From: Welwitschia mirabilis
Lineage: Eukaryota
DNA length: 64,000 bases
Reading direction: 5' to 3'
Assembly (NCBI GenBank): GCA_051453625.1
Contig: JBOZIK010000001.1
Location: forward strand, 23,791,641 to 23,855,640
The notes beneath the pieces were generated by a model. The model was not told the origin of the DNA. It ran no database searches and saw only the letters and a list, made by a program, of their open reading frames with translations. A program made the position numbers and the translations under genes. Positions 26,044-40,879 of the stretch are shown here, piece by piece. Each line of letters starts with the position of its first letter. Positions within the stretch are counted from its first letter, which is position 1.

Positions 26044-28631
26044 TCACTTTTTTGAAGCATCTTTGAATGGTTTAACATGATTCATCAATGCTAAGAGCTT
26101 AAGATATTAAGTCATAGTAAGTTCATACATGGGTAGGATATAAGAATGGTAATTAAATCCACTTCTAGAAGGGTATTGTAAAAAAATACAATGCAACCCA
26201 TCTTGGTGATGGAATCCAAGTGTGAGAATGAGCATTATTGAAATTATCTTAATTTAGTCCTATTTGATGAATACACCACATGAATGCATGCATGTAATTC
26301 TAACTAATATGGATATTTAATGGATTATGTACCTAGTTACAATAATTCTAATCATCATTAGGTTCATTTAGAGAACAACGATAAAAAAAAACATTCAAGA
26401 ACATCTCTATATTCAAGATTACAATAATCAAAATCTAGATAAAGAAAATATTATTTTCTTTTCTATCTAAATAAAAGAAATATTAATTTTTAATAATAAT
26501 AAAAATATTCAAATGTATCAAATCATGTTTCAATAATGTGCTTAAAGAAACTAAAACATATATCAAGCTATGTAAATCCTAGAACCATTCTTCCATGCTA
26601 ATATGACAATTTCGATGGATTGATGCAAAGAAGTTAAAAAAAAGGAATTATAGCTCAAGAATAATTATTAAGATGTAAATATTTATCCAAGATTCAAATG
26701 GATATATTATAAGTCAATTAAAGAAAGTAATAAACTACATACTATTTATACTACTTAAACTACTAAGGTAAAATCTCTTACAAGTACATACATTCAAAAT
26801 AAGATAAAGGAAAAAAGGTAAAAGAGGTAATTCTATAAATAAAATACTCTTTATACATAACTTAACTTAAAGTTACAAATAGAAACATATCTTACATACT
26901 TAAATTACCTATAAAATTTTATATAATAATTTTTATATAATTTAAAACATTAATTATAACATTTTAGGCTCTAAGGAGACATCCTGGTTAAAAATTAATA
27001 ATTAATTAATTATGGAGTAAAAAATCAATTAATTATGAAGTGAAAAATAAAGTATATTAGGTTTTCATAAATAAGACACATATAGAATCATTAAAATATA
27101 ACTTAAACTATCTTGAATTTCTAAAAATATTTTTTCTAAGGTTATTATTTAAGTTTAAAAACTGTCAAATTTTCTAAAATTATAGTCCTATCATACTATA
27201 CTAAAATGACTATAACTTTTAAAATATTTTGAGTTTGTAAATGATTTAAAATGTTTTATAAAGATTATTTAATTTCTTATAACTAAGATGATCAAGTCTA
27301 CAGATATCTTAATTAAATAGTTATAGAAACGTAAATCACTTTCTTGCTATTTTTACATATATTTTCTAACATATGTTAAAAAATAAAATTTTATAAAATA
27401 ATTACCAAAAAATTTACTATTTTTACATTTTCATGTTTATAACACAATTCCAAACTAATAAAAAAATTCACTAATTTATACTTGCTAATTAATAAGTTAC
27501 AGTATTTTTATCCTTTGCCTCTATTCTGGAAATTTAATTTTTGCCATAACGAAAACATGATAAACTTTTTGTAATTAATTAAGTAATAACTTAAGTTACT
27601 AAAATAATGGATATACTTACTAATACTTATAAAATATCTTAACTAAGTTACTAACTTAAATTATTGTTAAAGAAAAATCAAATCAATTCAAAAGGCTCAT
27701 ATACTATGAGCCTTAGGATTTCCATGAAAAAGTACTAGCCTAAAGAGATTTTTGAGGATCATAATTTTCCCCTAATAAGATTGACCTAATATAAAATAGA
27801 TAAAAATATAATATTAAAATAATAATAGGTATCCAAATTTCTTTTTTTTTAATAGTTAATCCCTTGGTCACTTGGCCATAATCATTCATTAGTAACCTCC
27901 ATCACCTAGCACAAGAGACTCCTCATATCTCCACAATGTCTTAGTGAGATCAAATGGGAGGGAATAATATTTTATAATATAATTGCATACAAACCATAAA
28001 TAATTCCCTAATGCAATATCTCATCATTTTACTAGAATCTTAAAAAGAGGTTATATGGATAATAAGAGTAAAGAGCTTACTTGAAAAGATTAGTAAGTCC
28101 TTGATAGTTCAAGATTGATGAAGATCTAAGCTCAAGAGTTCCTTAGCTTCAAGCTTCTAAGATCCAAGCTCCATAAGTAAAAAGAAAAAAATAAATAAAT
28201 AAATAAATAAAAGAGAGATAAAAGAAGGAAATACAAGTATCTCCTTTTATAAGAGAGAAAAGAATCTCTATATTTAGATAAACAAAGGCACATAGCTCAA
28301 GATCAGAAGATCACTTAATTTAGCATTAATAAGTGGGATGAGTAATAAGTGACATTAAAGTATAAAAAGAGAACATATTTATGACTCATGCACCTAACTA
28401 GGATAAGTAATCTACTTGCTTTAATTAGTAAGCTTAAATATGTGTATCATTTCCTCATATTAGCTCCTCTTTAATCCTTTATAGGTTCATAAGTAAGTTT
28501 AATTCATCTAAGACATGCATCAAAAGAATAAATGCACAAATTTTAAAATTATCATATGGCATAATGCGATAAAATCTTTAATTCTAATGAATAAAATAAT
28601 GAGTATGCTATGAATAAAGTTCCGTTATACA
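26044..28631 (-). repeat. Tekay LTR, continuation after element B
   Basis: 26044-26402 aligns with 16380-16747; minus-strand TATA-like signals at ~28245-28275; right end (...ttataca) uncertain. Confidence 0.55.
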
Positions 28632-31600
28632 TCTGAATAGCATCAAAGTTGTGGTAAATTAAATCTACTCATTTATTATTCTTAGTTCTACATAAGAGTT
28701 CATGTACTTGTTCAAATGCTTATTTATTTTAAAATATATAAAATCTATCAATCACATAACAAAAAAAGAAAATATTTATTCATAATATAGTACACATATC
28801 ACATTTACAAAGAATATAAATGAGTAAATAAGAAGCAAAATATGTTATGTCCTCTTGAAATTTTCAATTTATTAGTTTTTTCATGTGATTTTAATTCCTT
28901 GCATAATGGAACTATGTTAGTTTAAATATTTAAATAGATTTTTCCATAAAACTTTTTGACATATTTGTTTATTGTTTTCATGGTAAATTATAAAGATTAC
29001 AAATTAAGATTAATTTAAAATGACATCTTATTTTGATAATGAATTTAAGTAAGAAGAATTAATCATTTAACTAAAATATTAACATACTTAATATTCAAGT
29101 AAATAAGGTTACAAAATATGGAATATGATATGTGATGAGGTTGATTAGTTCTAAATCATTCTTTGCATAAAAAGTATTTCGCAAAATATAATATTTGGTT
29201 TAACTAAAATTACTTCTATAAGCCAACTTTTTATGCAAAGTGGCTACTAATTTTTACATTATCTCTATGAGCTTTCAATCAATGATTTGTTGTGCATCTT
29301 CTTCCTCTAGATTCTAAAGATTAACATGCACTTGTTTGAGAAAATCTCAATCAAATCCATAAAATCACATTGCAAATATGAAGTCTTAATTCCAATCTTT
29401 CCAACTTCAATCATTGTGTAGAGTCACTCTAAGGTTGACCATTATTTTGGTAGTCAATACAGGCATAAAGCTAACAAAATTTGGAATCTATCTTTTGATG
29501 TAGTAGTCATAATAATTGTGCAAAAGAAAAAGAAAATATTTAACAAGTCTAGAGGAAAAGTTAAATTTCAAAGAAATCTTACTCATGTCTATAACTGAAA
29601 GCGATCTATCCAATACACAATGAAAACTCATGAAAATCCAAAAGAATGAAAACTAGGAAAAAATTGAAGATAATGATAGAGTTACAAGAAAATGAATCTT
29701 ACTTTCATCCATCAGTTCAAGTGATCTATCCAAGTCATAGTGCAATGAAAGTAAAGAGATAAAAAAGAAGGTTATGATAGAGAGGTATAATCTCAGTAAA
29801 TTTTAAAATTGATTACACTTATGACTCTCTATTAACTTGGTGATGAAATTCAGGTAGATCCTTCCATTGTGCCTTTGACATTCACCCAATATGCCCTCAA
29901 TTATTAAGGTGTACATGGGAATTTGGACCTTTGGGTAACTCAGACATTTCCACTTCCGACAGATACGACTCTCCATATGGCCTATACCTCATAGTTAAGG
30001 TAATTAAAGACTATACAATAAGCTCAAAAGGAAGTGTATCATAACACAAATATCTGTATATATAAGAATCCCCATGCCTACCACCAACTAAGACTTATTG
30101 TCAATTATAAGAACTTATAAAAGGGAATTTTTTATTATTTTTATGTAATCTAATACTTCCTCAAATTAGTCATTAATACTCAAATTATAATATTATAAAA
30201 TGATACTTTACAATGAACTAATTGATGGAATTTTATCATGTAGGAGAAGTTTAGAAGGGAAATAAGATTAGCATCAAAAGTGAAGGATAGAAAAGCTTTC
30301 AACTTAAAAAAGAATTATAGCTATCTATTAAAAATTTCATATCCCCTTTCATTAGTCTTTGTAAAACAAATATTGTATATGCTAAATGTTAATTGTATAC
30401 ACAATACTACTATATAATAATTCTATTCACTCATCAAACCACTAGGTGTTATCCAAATGTACATTAACAACTAGCACAAATAGACTAAGTTCTACGCTAA
30501 ATTGTTAGAGTCTTATATCCTATTTTCTTAAGTGTTAAAAGGCCTTAATAAAGAGAATAATGTATCTTACAACTATTTTCTTTGGTGATAATGTTAAAAA
30601 AAAATCAAGTTCTAGCTAAACTAAAGTACTAATGTCCTTTAAATGTTTTTATTGAGATCGCATCTCCAACTTTCAGCTTCTTTGTCTTCTTCATAAATCT
30701 TGGAGAAGCACAAGTAGAAGAGAGTTTAGTTCATTAGATTTTTCAAGACTTCACTTGCTAAGACATAATTCATCTTTATGGTTAGGGGCTTGGTGATTAA
30801 AGCATGAGCTTGGATAGAAGCTCACTTCTCTGTAAAAAAAGGGTATTCTGCATACTATAGCTTTTTTTTATTTTAAAAGGGTTTTCAATATTTGTTTGAA
30901 AATTTTATTAATAGTTTAAAATCAAGATTTACTTATTTCTCTCATTTGATTTTCAAATAAATTTTTCTTCCAATAAAATTTGAAGAAAGGATCATAAAAT
31001 TCCTAATTACACATCTTTGTGGATTGAATCAGGTTGCAAAAGAATGCTATCATATTTTGGTAACATTGTCATGAAGGTATCAGTCTTCTTGTAATTTGAG
31101 TCTTATTAAAACTTCTTTATTGATTTTCCAAATAATTTCTTTTGTCCCTTTTTAATAATTTTTATTGGTAAATTCGAACTTGAATGCAACACAGAATGAA
31201 CTTTTTATGTCAAAGAAATGGGAAATCAAAGAATCAAAATTCATTAGGGAAAACATAAAAAGTGATTTTTTTGATTATCAAGAATGCAAGCAGATTGTAC
31301 AAAAGCCATAACAAGCTTTTACTTCACCTACATCTTTTGAAAATCAAGACTCCCCTTCTTCATCTTATCAAGTGATCACAAATGTGAATCATGGTGAATC
31401 AGTTTCTGGTTGACAAATTTACACTTCAAATGTACCCTTTCCTTTTTATTCTATAAATAATAAAATTAGCTTCTAAGAGATGTACACCCAAACCCCTTCT
31501 GCTTTTTTTCAATCATTAAGTATCCAAAACTTNNNNNNNNNNNNNNNNNNNNNNNNNNNNNNNNNNNNNNNNNNNNNNNNNNNNNNNNNNNNNNNNNNNN

Positions 31601-31795
31601 NNNNNNNNNNNNNNNNNNNNNNNNNNNNNNNNAGCCTTGCCTTATTAGCTTTTGTGCTTTTAAGGTATTTCTGTAAAAATGCCTTAGAAACACCTTAAAA
31701 GTCTGATCTTTTAAGGCATTTGTATAGAAGTGCCTTAAAATGTAATAAACTAGTAGTCTTCTAAAGTGTTTTTAAAAAATAGCTTTAAAGGTGAC

Positions 31796-32892
31796 TATCA
31801 TGATGTGTATTTGTGCAAATAATTTAACCTCAAGAATATCCTATCATTTACAAACAAAATAGATGTCTACACAATACCACACACTAATATAGATGGGATT
31901 TGACCTGAATGTCATAATCTATCAAAGGCCTAGCCTAGAGAAAGAGAATTGATTTCCACAAGAAAAACTTTGTATTATATCAACAAAAATAAATTGCAAT
32001 GCAAGAAAAAACCATGCAATACTTTTATGCAAAGTTAATCTAGGAAAAAGAAATATTAATGCATCTAAACTAATAATGATCAACCTTAATAAAAGTTTCC
32101 CTCATAACATATATTACTTAAGAAATTGTTATCAAATTAGAAGTAACATAAGCTATGAGGAATACAAATAATAAGCATAGGAAAAGAAAAATAAATCTTT
32201 GTATTACTCAAACCACATTCGTGTTACAAAGTAGCTACACCTCAATCAAAAAAGCATAGCCCAACACCAAAGAAGACATCTCTCTACAACTACAAGGATG
32301 GATTTATAGCCCTTCGATCTTCTGTCAGGAGAATTCCCAAGGTAAATGAAGATAAGATGACATAGAGGATATAATTAATATTTATTGACACAAACACACT
32401 TAACAACAAGATAAGAAGATTTGGTGTAACCCTAATGGCTATGCCAAAAGAACATACAAACAAATGGCAGAAGTTAGATAAATGTTTAGTGGAACATTAC
32501 AATAGATGTTATTCAGCTAGTCATCTAGATAATATAAGGGATGAGGCCACCTCATAAATAATCCATATCACTACCAGATTGATCACAATCAGCATCCTTA
32601 TTAGCCTTAATTATTCTTTCATCTGTACTATCATCTAGATGAGGATGTGGACAATGGGCTTCTATAAGTATTTATCCAATGCATTTAGTCTCAATGTTTA
32701 TAAAAAGTTTATCTTACAAATAGAAAGTATTAAGAACTACTCTAAATACTTTAAAATATCATGGAAATTGTGTGTTTTTGTCTCTTTCATCTCATCTCTT
32801 CATTATTGTGGAAATCCAACATATACATGTCTAATATCCTGCAAAACTACTCAAAATACCCTATTAAATATACATAAGTTAGCAACATAACA
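31796..32892 (-). repeat. 3' LTR of element C
   Basis: Aligns with 43729-44795; PPT (minus strand aggctaagttgagggcta) at 32893-32910. Confidence 0.92.
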
Positions 32893-33419
32893 TAGCCCTC
32901 AACTTAGCCTTATCAGTTCCTAATAAAACTAGGTGGTAAATTGTGATTGTGAGCCAACTTAATTAACAATAAAAATAGCTAAGATACTAAAGAAACTATC
33001 TTAGCAAAATTTTCAAAAATCTCAAAGCTACAAACTAAATCTTGAGAAATTAAAAAACTAAACATTTTACTTAATTTGAAACTTAGCGATACCATTATCT
33101 AGGTCATCATCCAGATAATAGGATGGATGATAGGCTAAAAAAATGGTCTCAGAAAATAGAAATCTATAATAATTTTTTCAATAAAGATATATAGTAAATG
33201 GGTTAAAATCCATCCACTGAATTATACAGTCATGAAATAAAAAGATTATCCAAATAAAATCAATTCTCATCAATTGTATGTAAAAGATAAATAATCATAA
33301 AAATCAGATCAAGATAAATAGACCATGTTGACTAAAATATGATATGTACATATAATTAGTGATTTTTAATACAAAAATACATAAAGAAAGAGATATAAAA
33401 TAAGATAAATCACTCCCCT

Positions 33420-35200
33420 CATTGTCGCATGATAAATTTAGTCTGGGCTACTAGATTAGGTGTAGGTGGAGAAGAGGGAGCATGCTCAGGATCAGCAAGG
33501 AAACATAGATCCAAAGATGTAGAAATAGAATAGATCATCTTGTCATTTTTGAGATGTAGTACCTCTAGAATATCCACTATCATACTATCCTGAATAGAAA
33601 CAACATGCTGATGAATGTCAACAATCTAGTCCTCAAAGTGCTAGACTCTCCTCTCAATAGTTAGGATTTTCAGCTCTAATGTCTGCGTTCTTTGGTTAAG
33701 GGCTTGAATCCTTTGGTCTAAGATTTAGATACCTCAGCCCATGAAACCTTTAATGGTATCAATGGTCTCTACTAGGAGGGCCTGTATTTGCTCAAGAGTA
33801 GCTTCAATAGTAGGTCTCTATACATGAGGTCGCTTTGCCTCTCCTAGTATCAATATGTCCATGTCCTGTAACTAGTAAGCTAAATTCTAAATGTGAGATA
33901 AGGACTGCTCATCCATAGAATATGGTATTTCAAATCATCTAAAAAGAGCTGAGAGAAGGCATGGANNNNNNNNNNNNNNNNNNNNNNNNNNNNNNNNNNN
34001 NNNNNNNNNNNNNNNNNNNNNNNNNNNNNNNNNNNNNNNNNNNNNNNNNNNNNNNNNNNNNNNNNTAAGATTTAGATACCTCAGTCCATGAAACCTTTAA
34101 TAGTATCAATGGTCTCTACTAGGAGGGCCTGTATTTGCTCAAGAGTAGCTCCAATAGTAGGTCTCTATACATGAGGTCGCTTTGCCTCTCCTAGTATCAA
34201 TATGCCCATGTCCTGTAACTATCAAGCTAAAGTTTGAATGTGAGATAAGGACTACTCATACATAGGATATGGTATTTCAAATCATCTAAAAAGAGCTGAG
34301 AGAAGGCATGGGTAACCCTAAGTCTATCACTATTCTACCNNNNNNNNNNNNNNNNNNNNNNNNNNNNNNNNNNNNNNNNNNNNNNNNNNNNNNNNNNNNN
34401 NNNNNNNNNNNNNNNNNNNNNNNNNNNNNNNNNNNNNNNCTAAAAAGAGCTGAGAGAAGGCATGGGTAACCCTAAGTCTATAACTATTCTACCTTAAGCA
34501 TGGATCTGAGTCTTCTCCAAATAAATGTTGAAAGGTCCATCTACTCTCTCTGTTTAAAAGCTGTCACCATTTATAAGTATGTAATCATGGCATGAATGTC
34601 ATGAAATGATGGGCTGATGTTATGAATTAGACCTCTATGAAGTACTCTATATGTAAGGTTCAACTAAGTAATAAGATCCCCCTGCTTACCTGTCATAAGA
34701 TCTGCTAGTATATCTAGTATAGCACCACATGCATAGTGCTCCTTGGTCCCACCAGCTAAATGAATATGAAGACTCCCAAACCCATTAAGATTTGTAACTA
34801 TTACAATATGTAATGAAAGGATTACAATCTCATGATCACATATGTATGTTATAATCATATCCACTGACCAACGATGAGCATCTGATCTATTCTCTATATG
34901 CATGGTGTCATAAAACTCTTTGTCTTTAAAATATAGTAAAAATTATGCACATTTTTAATCCAATGTAACTCGAGATTTGTGAGTCTTTGATCAATATTAG
35001 CTCTATGCAACTTATGAAATCCCTAAAGTATCTCTTAACATGGATACTGAATGTCTATATAGTTAAAGATCATCCGGGTCAAAGTGGTGGATGTGTCAGA
35101 TCCACACACTCTATCTCTAGTGGCATTATCAAGCCCATCTCCTACTCTATGGCTTTAGCTTTATCCTCAATCTATCTAAATCTATGTGTATGGAGCCTAC
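33420..35200 (-). pseudogene. Athila accessory ORF2 (env-like position; putative plant transposon protein-like domain plus coiled coil)
   Basis: ORF 34664-34903 continues to MDLSTFIWRRLRSML...GYPCLLSALFR*FEIP, then heptad-like LDQRIQALNQRTQTLELKILTIERRV; lies between INT and the 3' LTR. Confidence 0.7.
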
Positions 35201-37369
35201 TCAATTAAAAATACACAAAAACATCATGCAGGAATGGTAAATATGTCAAAATACATTACATAAATGCACAATAATGATCACCAAAGTCAATAAAAAATTT
35301 AAAAAACTGATGAAAATATGTTTTGCTCCTTAAATATTACAATAAGTTCCAAATTAGCTAAATATGAGGAGAAAAATTTAAAATGTATGAAAAATGGAAA
35401 AGCATTATTTTAAGTGGGACTCACATATGAGAAAAATTTAAATTACTTAAATAAAAAACTTAATCTAGTAGAATCATAGAACATATCAAAATAATTAATT
35501 TTTCCTAAAGGACCACTACATTTTAACCTATGGTTTGCGAGAAAATGAGTGTGAAAAATGAAATATTAAAAACTCCTCATAAAACATGCAATTGATCATA
35601 ACTTGTAAAATATATAGTAAAATTTAACTTCGTAAGTCCCAAATTGAAGAGCACAAAAACTAAGCAACATACATGAAACCTACATGTCAAAAGGCTGAAA
35701 AGTAGGAGGAAAAAAATTAAAAAACAAGAGGGAGAAAGAAACATACCTCACTTTTACAAATTTGCTCAAATATTGGAAATCTGGATACTAAATCAAGTGG
35801 AACAAGATCCAAGACATTGGCAAGATCGAGAAAGATCATCATCTCTCAAAGAAATACATGAAAATGATAAAAAAATAAGGAAAAATAAAGGAAAAGTGTT
35901 TAAGCTATAGCTATATCACATTATCATCCACTCGTGTCATCCAGCCGATAGCCCTAGGATAACTCTCAAAAAAAAATAGGTTGTTGTCCTCTTAGTGTCA
36001 TCTAGATGACTAGGTAAATAATAGGATAATAAAAATGTTTATAAAAAAATATGTCAACCAAGAAAATTAGGCATCAAAGTATCATATTTTATCAAAAACT
36101 CAAGAAAAACTTAGAAAAAATTAAAAAGAAGAAAAAAATCCTTCAAATTAAGAGAAAAAGGAAAAACTTACAATAAAAGTGAAACTATAGCTAAAGAAAA
36201 TAAACTAACTAAACTGAAACCTATCAATGAAAGCTGGTTGAATATGCCCAAACAGAAAAAAATAAAACAAGATAAATCTCAAAACTCCAAAAGGTATAAG
36301 GAATCTCATAAAAACTAGAAAACAAAGAAGATGTTCTTTTCATGCAAGTGTTAACTGAAAATGATATGAACATGAATGAACAATAATAAAACTACTAAAT
36401 AGTAAGGTCTTATGGAAGAATAAGAAATTGTGGAAATGACTATGAAATAACAAACTCAAAAACTAAAAAAAAAAAAAAAAAAGGACATAAGGAATAAGGA
36501 GAAGATTACTTACCTATCCTAAATTCTAAAGTAGCAAACTCCCAAGGAAGATATCATAAAGTTACCTAAGTAAAAATGCATGACAAAATGTATAAACTCC
36601 ATAAAGTTCCACTCGAAAGGGTAGTGATTATGATGATATCAAAACTCAACTGCTTAAAACAATAAATGATAAGATTAAAAGCTACTCAGAAATGAACTCA
36701 CCTACTCTCATCCCATAAACACACCCAAATTCTTAAAAGTGAAATGATCAAGTGGGAATACTAAAATTTTAAGAAATAAGAAATTCTTTTTATAACACCA
36801 GAAACACCACTAACCCCATAGCCTCAAAGTTTATTACAACTTTTTCCATGATGAAGGAGGTCCAACCATAGTCATAGAAGTAAGAATCCTTAAAGCATGG
36901 TCAACTAACCCCAATAGAGTTTTCATGACTATCAACACTGCTAAAGATTCTTATCAAAAACATTTACCCCCATATGATAGAACATCATGGTGATCATGTA
37001 TTTTTCTTAAAACATAAGATACAATAGATCATTATCATTACACACTCAAAAAGACGAAGGTGAATAAGTGAGATAAAAGACAGAAAAGAACACTCATAAA
37101 TAATCAAATACCTTAACACCATTGAAAAAAGAACACAAGTAATAAGGTATCTTCCTTTAAAGTGAAGTCCATAGATATAGAAATGTCTTAAGATTGGATG
37201 AATCTGATTTCACAACTATAAAATGCCCAGGTATGAATACTAGTGATAGAACTTTATGAAGCAATAAATTATTCAAGTGTAAAAAATGATCAAATGACAT
37301 CATAACATCTAATAAAGGAATAAGATAAGAAAGATCTTAGATAATAATAGAGAGGAAGTCCTCTTCATT

Positions 37370-40330
37370 AAGAGGAACCTTCAAAACAATTGCTTTTATC
37401 ATGTTCATGGTTGCATCGAAAGATCCTTCGTATAGTTTCAATCGTTATCCATTAACCTTCTGAATCTTCTTAGTTTCTAAATTTTAAATCTTAATAAAGC
37501 CATTAGAATGCACTCTCTCTACAAGATAAGGACCTAATTATTTAGAATTCAACTTTTTATCCAAAATATATACTCTAGTATAATATAGAAGAATAAGTTA
37601 ACATAGTTCAAACTTTTTATAAAATATGTTTTATCATGTTTGAACTTAGCTTGGGCTTTATGGATTAATTGATGATATATAGTGCAAGTTTATTTTTCAT
37701 CAAGGTGGTCTGGCTAATCTATGTTTAAGGTTTTCATAAAGATCCACAAGATTAAGTTGATGAGAAGCACAATAAGAGTTATAGCATACATTAATAGGTA
37801 AAATACAAATTTCATCGTACACAAGTTCATAAGGTGAAAAACCAATAGAAGTATGTCAAATACTATGGTAAGCCTAAAGAACATCATGAAGCTTAGATGC
37901 CCAAAATTTCTTATTAATAGAGATAAGTCTTTACAATAGTTTTTTAACTTCTTTATTGGCATTTTTATCCTATCCATTAGTCTGAGGATGATAAGCGTAA
38001 GATACTCTATATTTTATTCTAATGGACAAAAGAAGTTTCTTAAAAATATAACTAATAAAATAAGTTTCTTGATCACTAATGATAATTCTAGGAAAACAAA
38101 ATCTCTAAAAAATGTAAGTTCTAAGAAAATGACAATAAGTTTGAACATCATTCAAAGAAATAGGAATGGATACAATCCATTTAGTCACATAATTTATAGG
38201 CACTAAATGTAATGTTTATCATGAGAAGGTAGATAAATAGGACCTATGAAATCAATACCCCAATAATCAAAAAGTTCACACTGGAGAATAGATCTAAGAG
38301 ATATTTTCTGAGAATGAATAAATCTACTATAATGCTGATAAGGATTACGCCTTCTAGTAAAATCAAAAGAATCCTAGAAAAGGGTAGGCCAATAAAATTT
38401 AGAATGAAGAATTTTCATAGCCATTTCCTTTTCATTAAAGTGTTCTTCACAAATAATACCATGATAAAGATAAAGGATTCTAGATTTTTTTCAATTAGGA
38501 ACACATTTTCTCATAATTTGATCTTTACATCTATGGTACAAATGTGGCTTGATCCATTCATAGTCATCAATTCTATGAAAAAAAGATTTTCATTGATTAT
38601 AAGTTCAATGTTGTGGTGTTTTCATGGTTACAAGGTAATTAACAATAGCCACATACCAAGGAGGAGGATGAGTAAAAGATATGGCAAAAAGTTACTCATT
38701 TGGAAAAGAATCATTAATAATAGAATCATTAGGAGGAGAAAAATATGAGAGAAATGATTAGCAACATAATTATGCTTCCCTGCTTTATCTATGATGGTCA
38801 AATTAAACTCATGCATAAGGAGGATCAATCTAATCAGTCTAGCACTAGAATTTCTTAGTCATAAGGTAATGAATAGTAGCATGATCAGTATAAACATTTG
38901 TATAAAAGCCTAAATAATAATTTCTAAGTGTATTAAGGCAAAAGATAATAGCTAACATTTCTTTCTCTACAGTAGTATAATTCATTTAAGTTTTAGATAG
39001 AGATTTTCTGTAGTAAGATATAACTTTAAAATCATTTCCATATTTTTGACAAAGTATGCCATCCACGACAAAATTACTCACATCACACATTAATTTAGAG
39101 TCTTTTTTCTAATTGAGTCCCATTACAATATGAGCATAAAAAAGTTTATGTTTAAGCCTATTAAAAGCAAGCTGATAAGATTCATTCCATTTAAATTTAG
39201 CTTCTTTCTCTAGTAATAAGTAAAGGGATTTACAAATATTTTTTATAATTATGAATAAACCAATGATAAAAATCATAATGACCAAGAAAAAATCTAACTT
39301 GTTTTACATTAGTATAGGTTTTTAATAATACCAACTTTTTCAGATTCCATCCTAATCCCTTCTTTTAAAATATGGTGACTAAGCTAAAAATAATCTCTTT
39401 TTCCAACTCAAATATAGGCCATTGTAAATGCAATGATTAAGAACCTTCTTTAATCATTTCAAACATTTGTTTAAAATTTTCAACAAAAATAGAGAAGTCA
39501 TTCATAAAAATTTCAATCAAATCCTTTAGCATGTTATAAAAAATACCAAGAAAAATGAATATTTATTTGTCAGAGTAGCTACTGGAACCTATGTAGTAAT
39601 TTTGATCATCTTTGTTATGGCTGTCAGAGTGAGCCTTCCCCCCAGCTACATAGCAAAGCAAACCCTACTACTTCTACACCCTCCTTAGCTTTCAGGCATT
39701 GCCTGACCCTCTTAGTACATAGCTCGTCACATGTTTCTAATGGATCCTACGCTTTCTAGCCACATTGGACTCTATCATGTGAGGCCCACTAACTCTGTAA
39801 TGTAGGACCCACTAACTCTGCCATGCGATCAAGGCCCACCATATATTATATCATGTATGATCATGACACACTGAAATGTACTGAAAGCATTATAAAGTCT
39901 AAGATACATGCATCGAAAATCAAAAGTACTAAAAGATGAAGTAAAAATAGCTTTGGCTTGGTTCTCACTAATAACGAAAACCTAGCTGTAACTACTATAT
40001 CCATTAAGTAAATAGTAAAATGCATGTCCCTAAATCCTATTAGATATCTGATCAAGAAAAGTCAAAGGACAATGATCTTTTTTAGTTATTCCGTTTAGTT
40101 TCTAAAGTTTATGCACATTTTTTATTTCCCATCTTTCTTAGGCACTATTGTCAAAGGGCTAAACCACTCACTATAAGCTATAGCATAAATGATTTTAGCA
40201 TCCATTAATTTTATAATTTCTTCTTTAATAACTTGCTTAAGAGCTGAATAAGGTCTATTTTAAGGTTTCCTAACAGGTTTTGCATTTTCTTCAAGGTATA
40301 TTTTATATTGGACAATTGTAATAGGAATGG
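37370..40330 (-). pseudogene. RT, RNase H and integrase of element C, decayed
   Basis: RT IEIFMNDFSIF (~39490-39520); RH NYTTVEKEMLAI and HEFNLTIIDKAGKHNYVANH; INT KILHSKFYWPTLF, ELFDYWGIDFIGP and KVNG*RLKLY. Confidence 0.92.
39550..39860. other. ~310 bp foreign insertion in the RT of element C
   Basis: Splits the FQCVM|IGIF codons; visibly higher GC than its flanks; internal cccactaactctg repeats at 39778-39820. Confidence 0.8.
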
Positions 40331-40879
40331 TTGTCAAATTGTTATGAGACTAAGTGAATGCAATTATCTTAGATTACAAAAGAGAGATTAAACTTAATTC
40401 TTATTAAGGAAAAATAATTTTATTAATTATTAAAGGTTTGTTTATATAATTGTTCAAAAAAATTTATTTTATTCCACTAGATAAGGATTTTAGATTTAGA
40501 TTTTAACTTTAGATTTTTATTTTTTATTAAATTTTTTGAAAATTCCATTGTCATCTCAAACTGTCATTCAGATGTTAGTAGTGGATGACCACCCACAAAA
40601 TATGAAATCTTAGTTCTACTCAGATCTCGAATTTTTGCATAGTTAATAGACTTAGTCTTTCTACTCTCTAGATTAAAATAATTAGTTTTCAAATAGTAAA
40701 AATCAAGTTTATCTTTATTAAAAACATACAAGTTGTTTACTTCTAATTTATTATTAAACAAAGTTAGTCATGAAGCATTAACCATCTCTCCTCAAGTGGA
40801 TGGTGTTGTAAAAACAAAGTTGACTTTATTTTTTTTATACACTCAAATCATTTCCTAAATCTTTTTCAGCCACAGCAAA

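Noticed and set aside
37714..38748. ORFs 38314-38748(+), 37988-38206(+) and 37714-37977(-) as genes
   Set aside because: Antisense or off-frame shadows of the decayed integrase of element C
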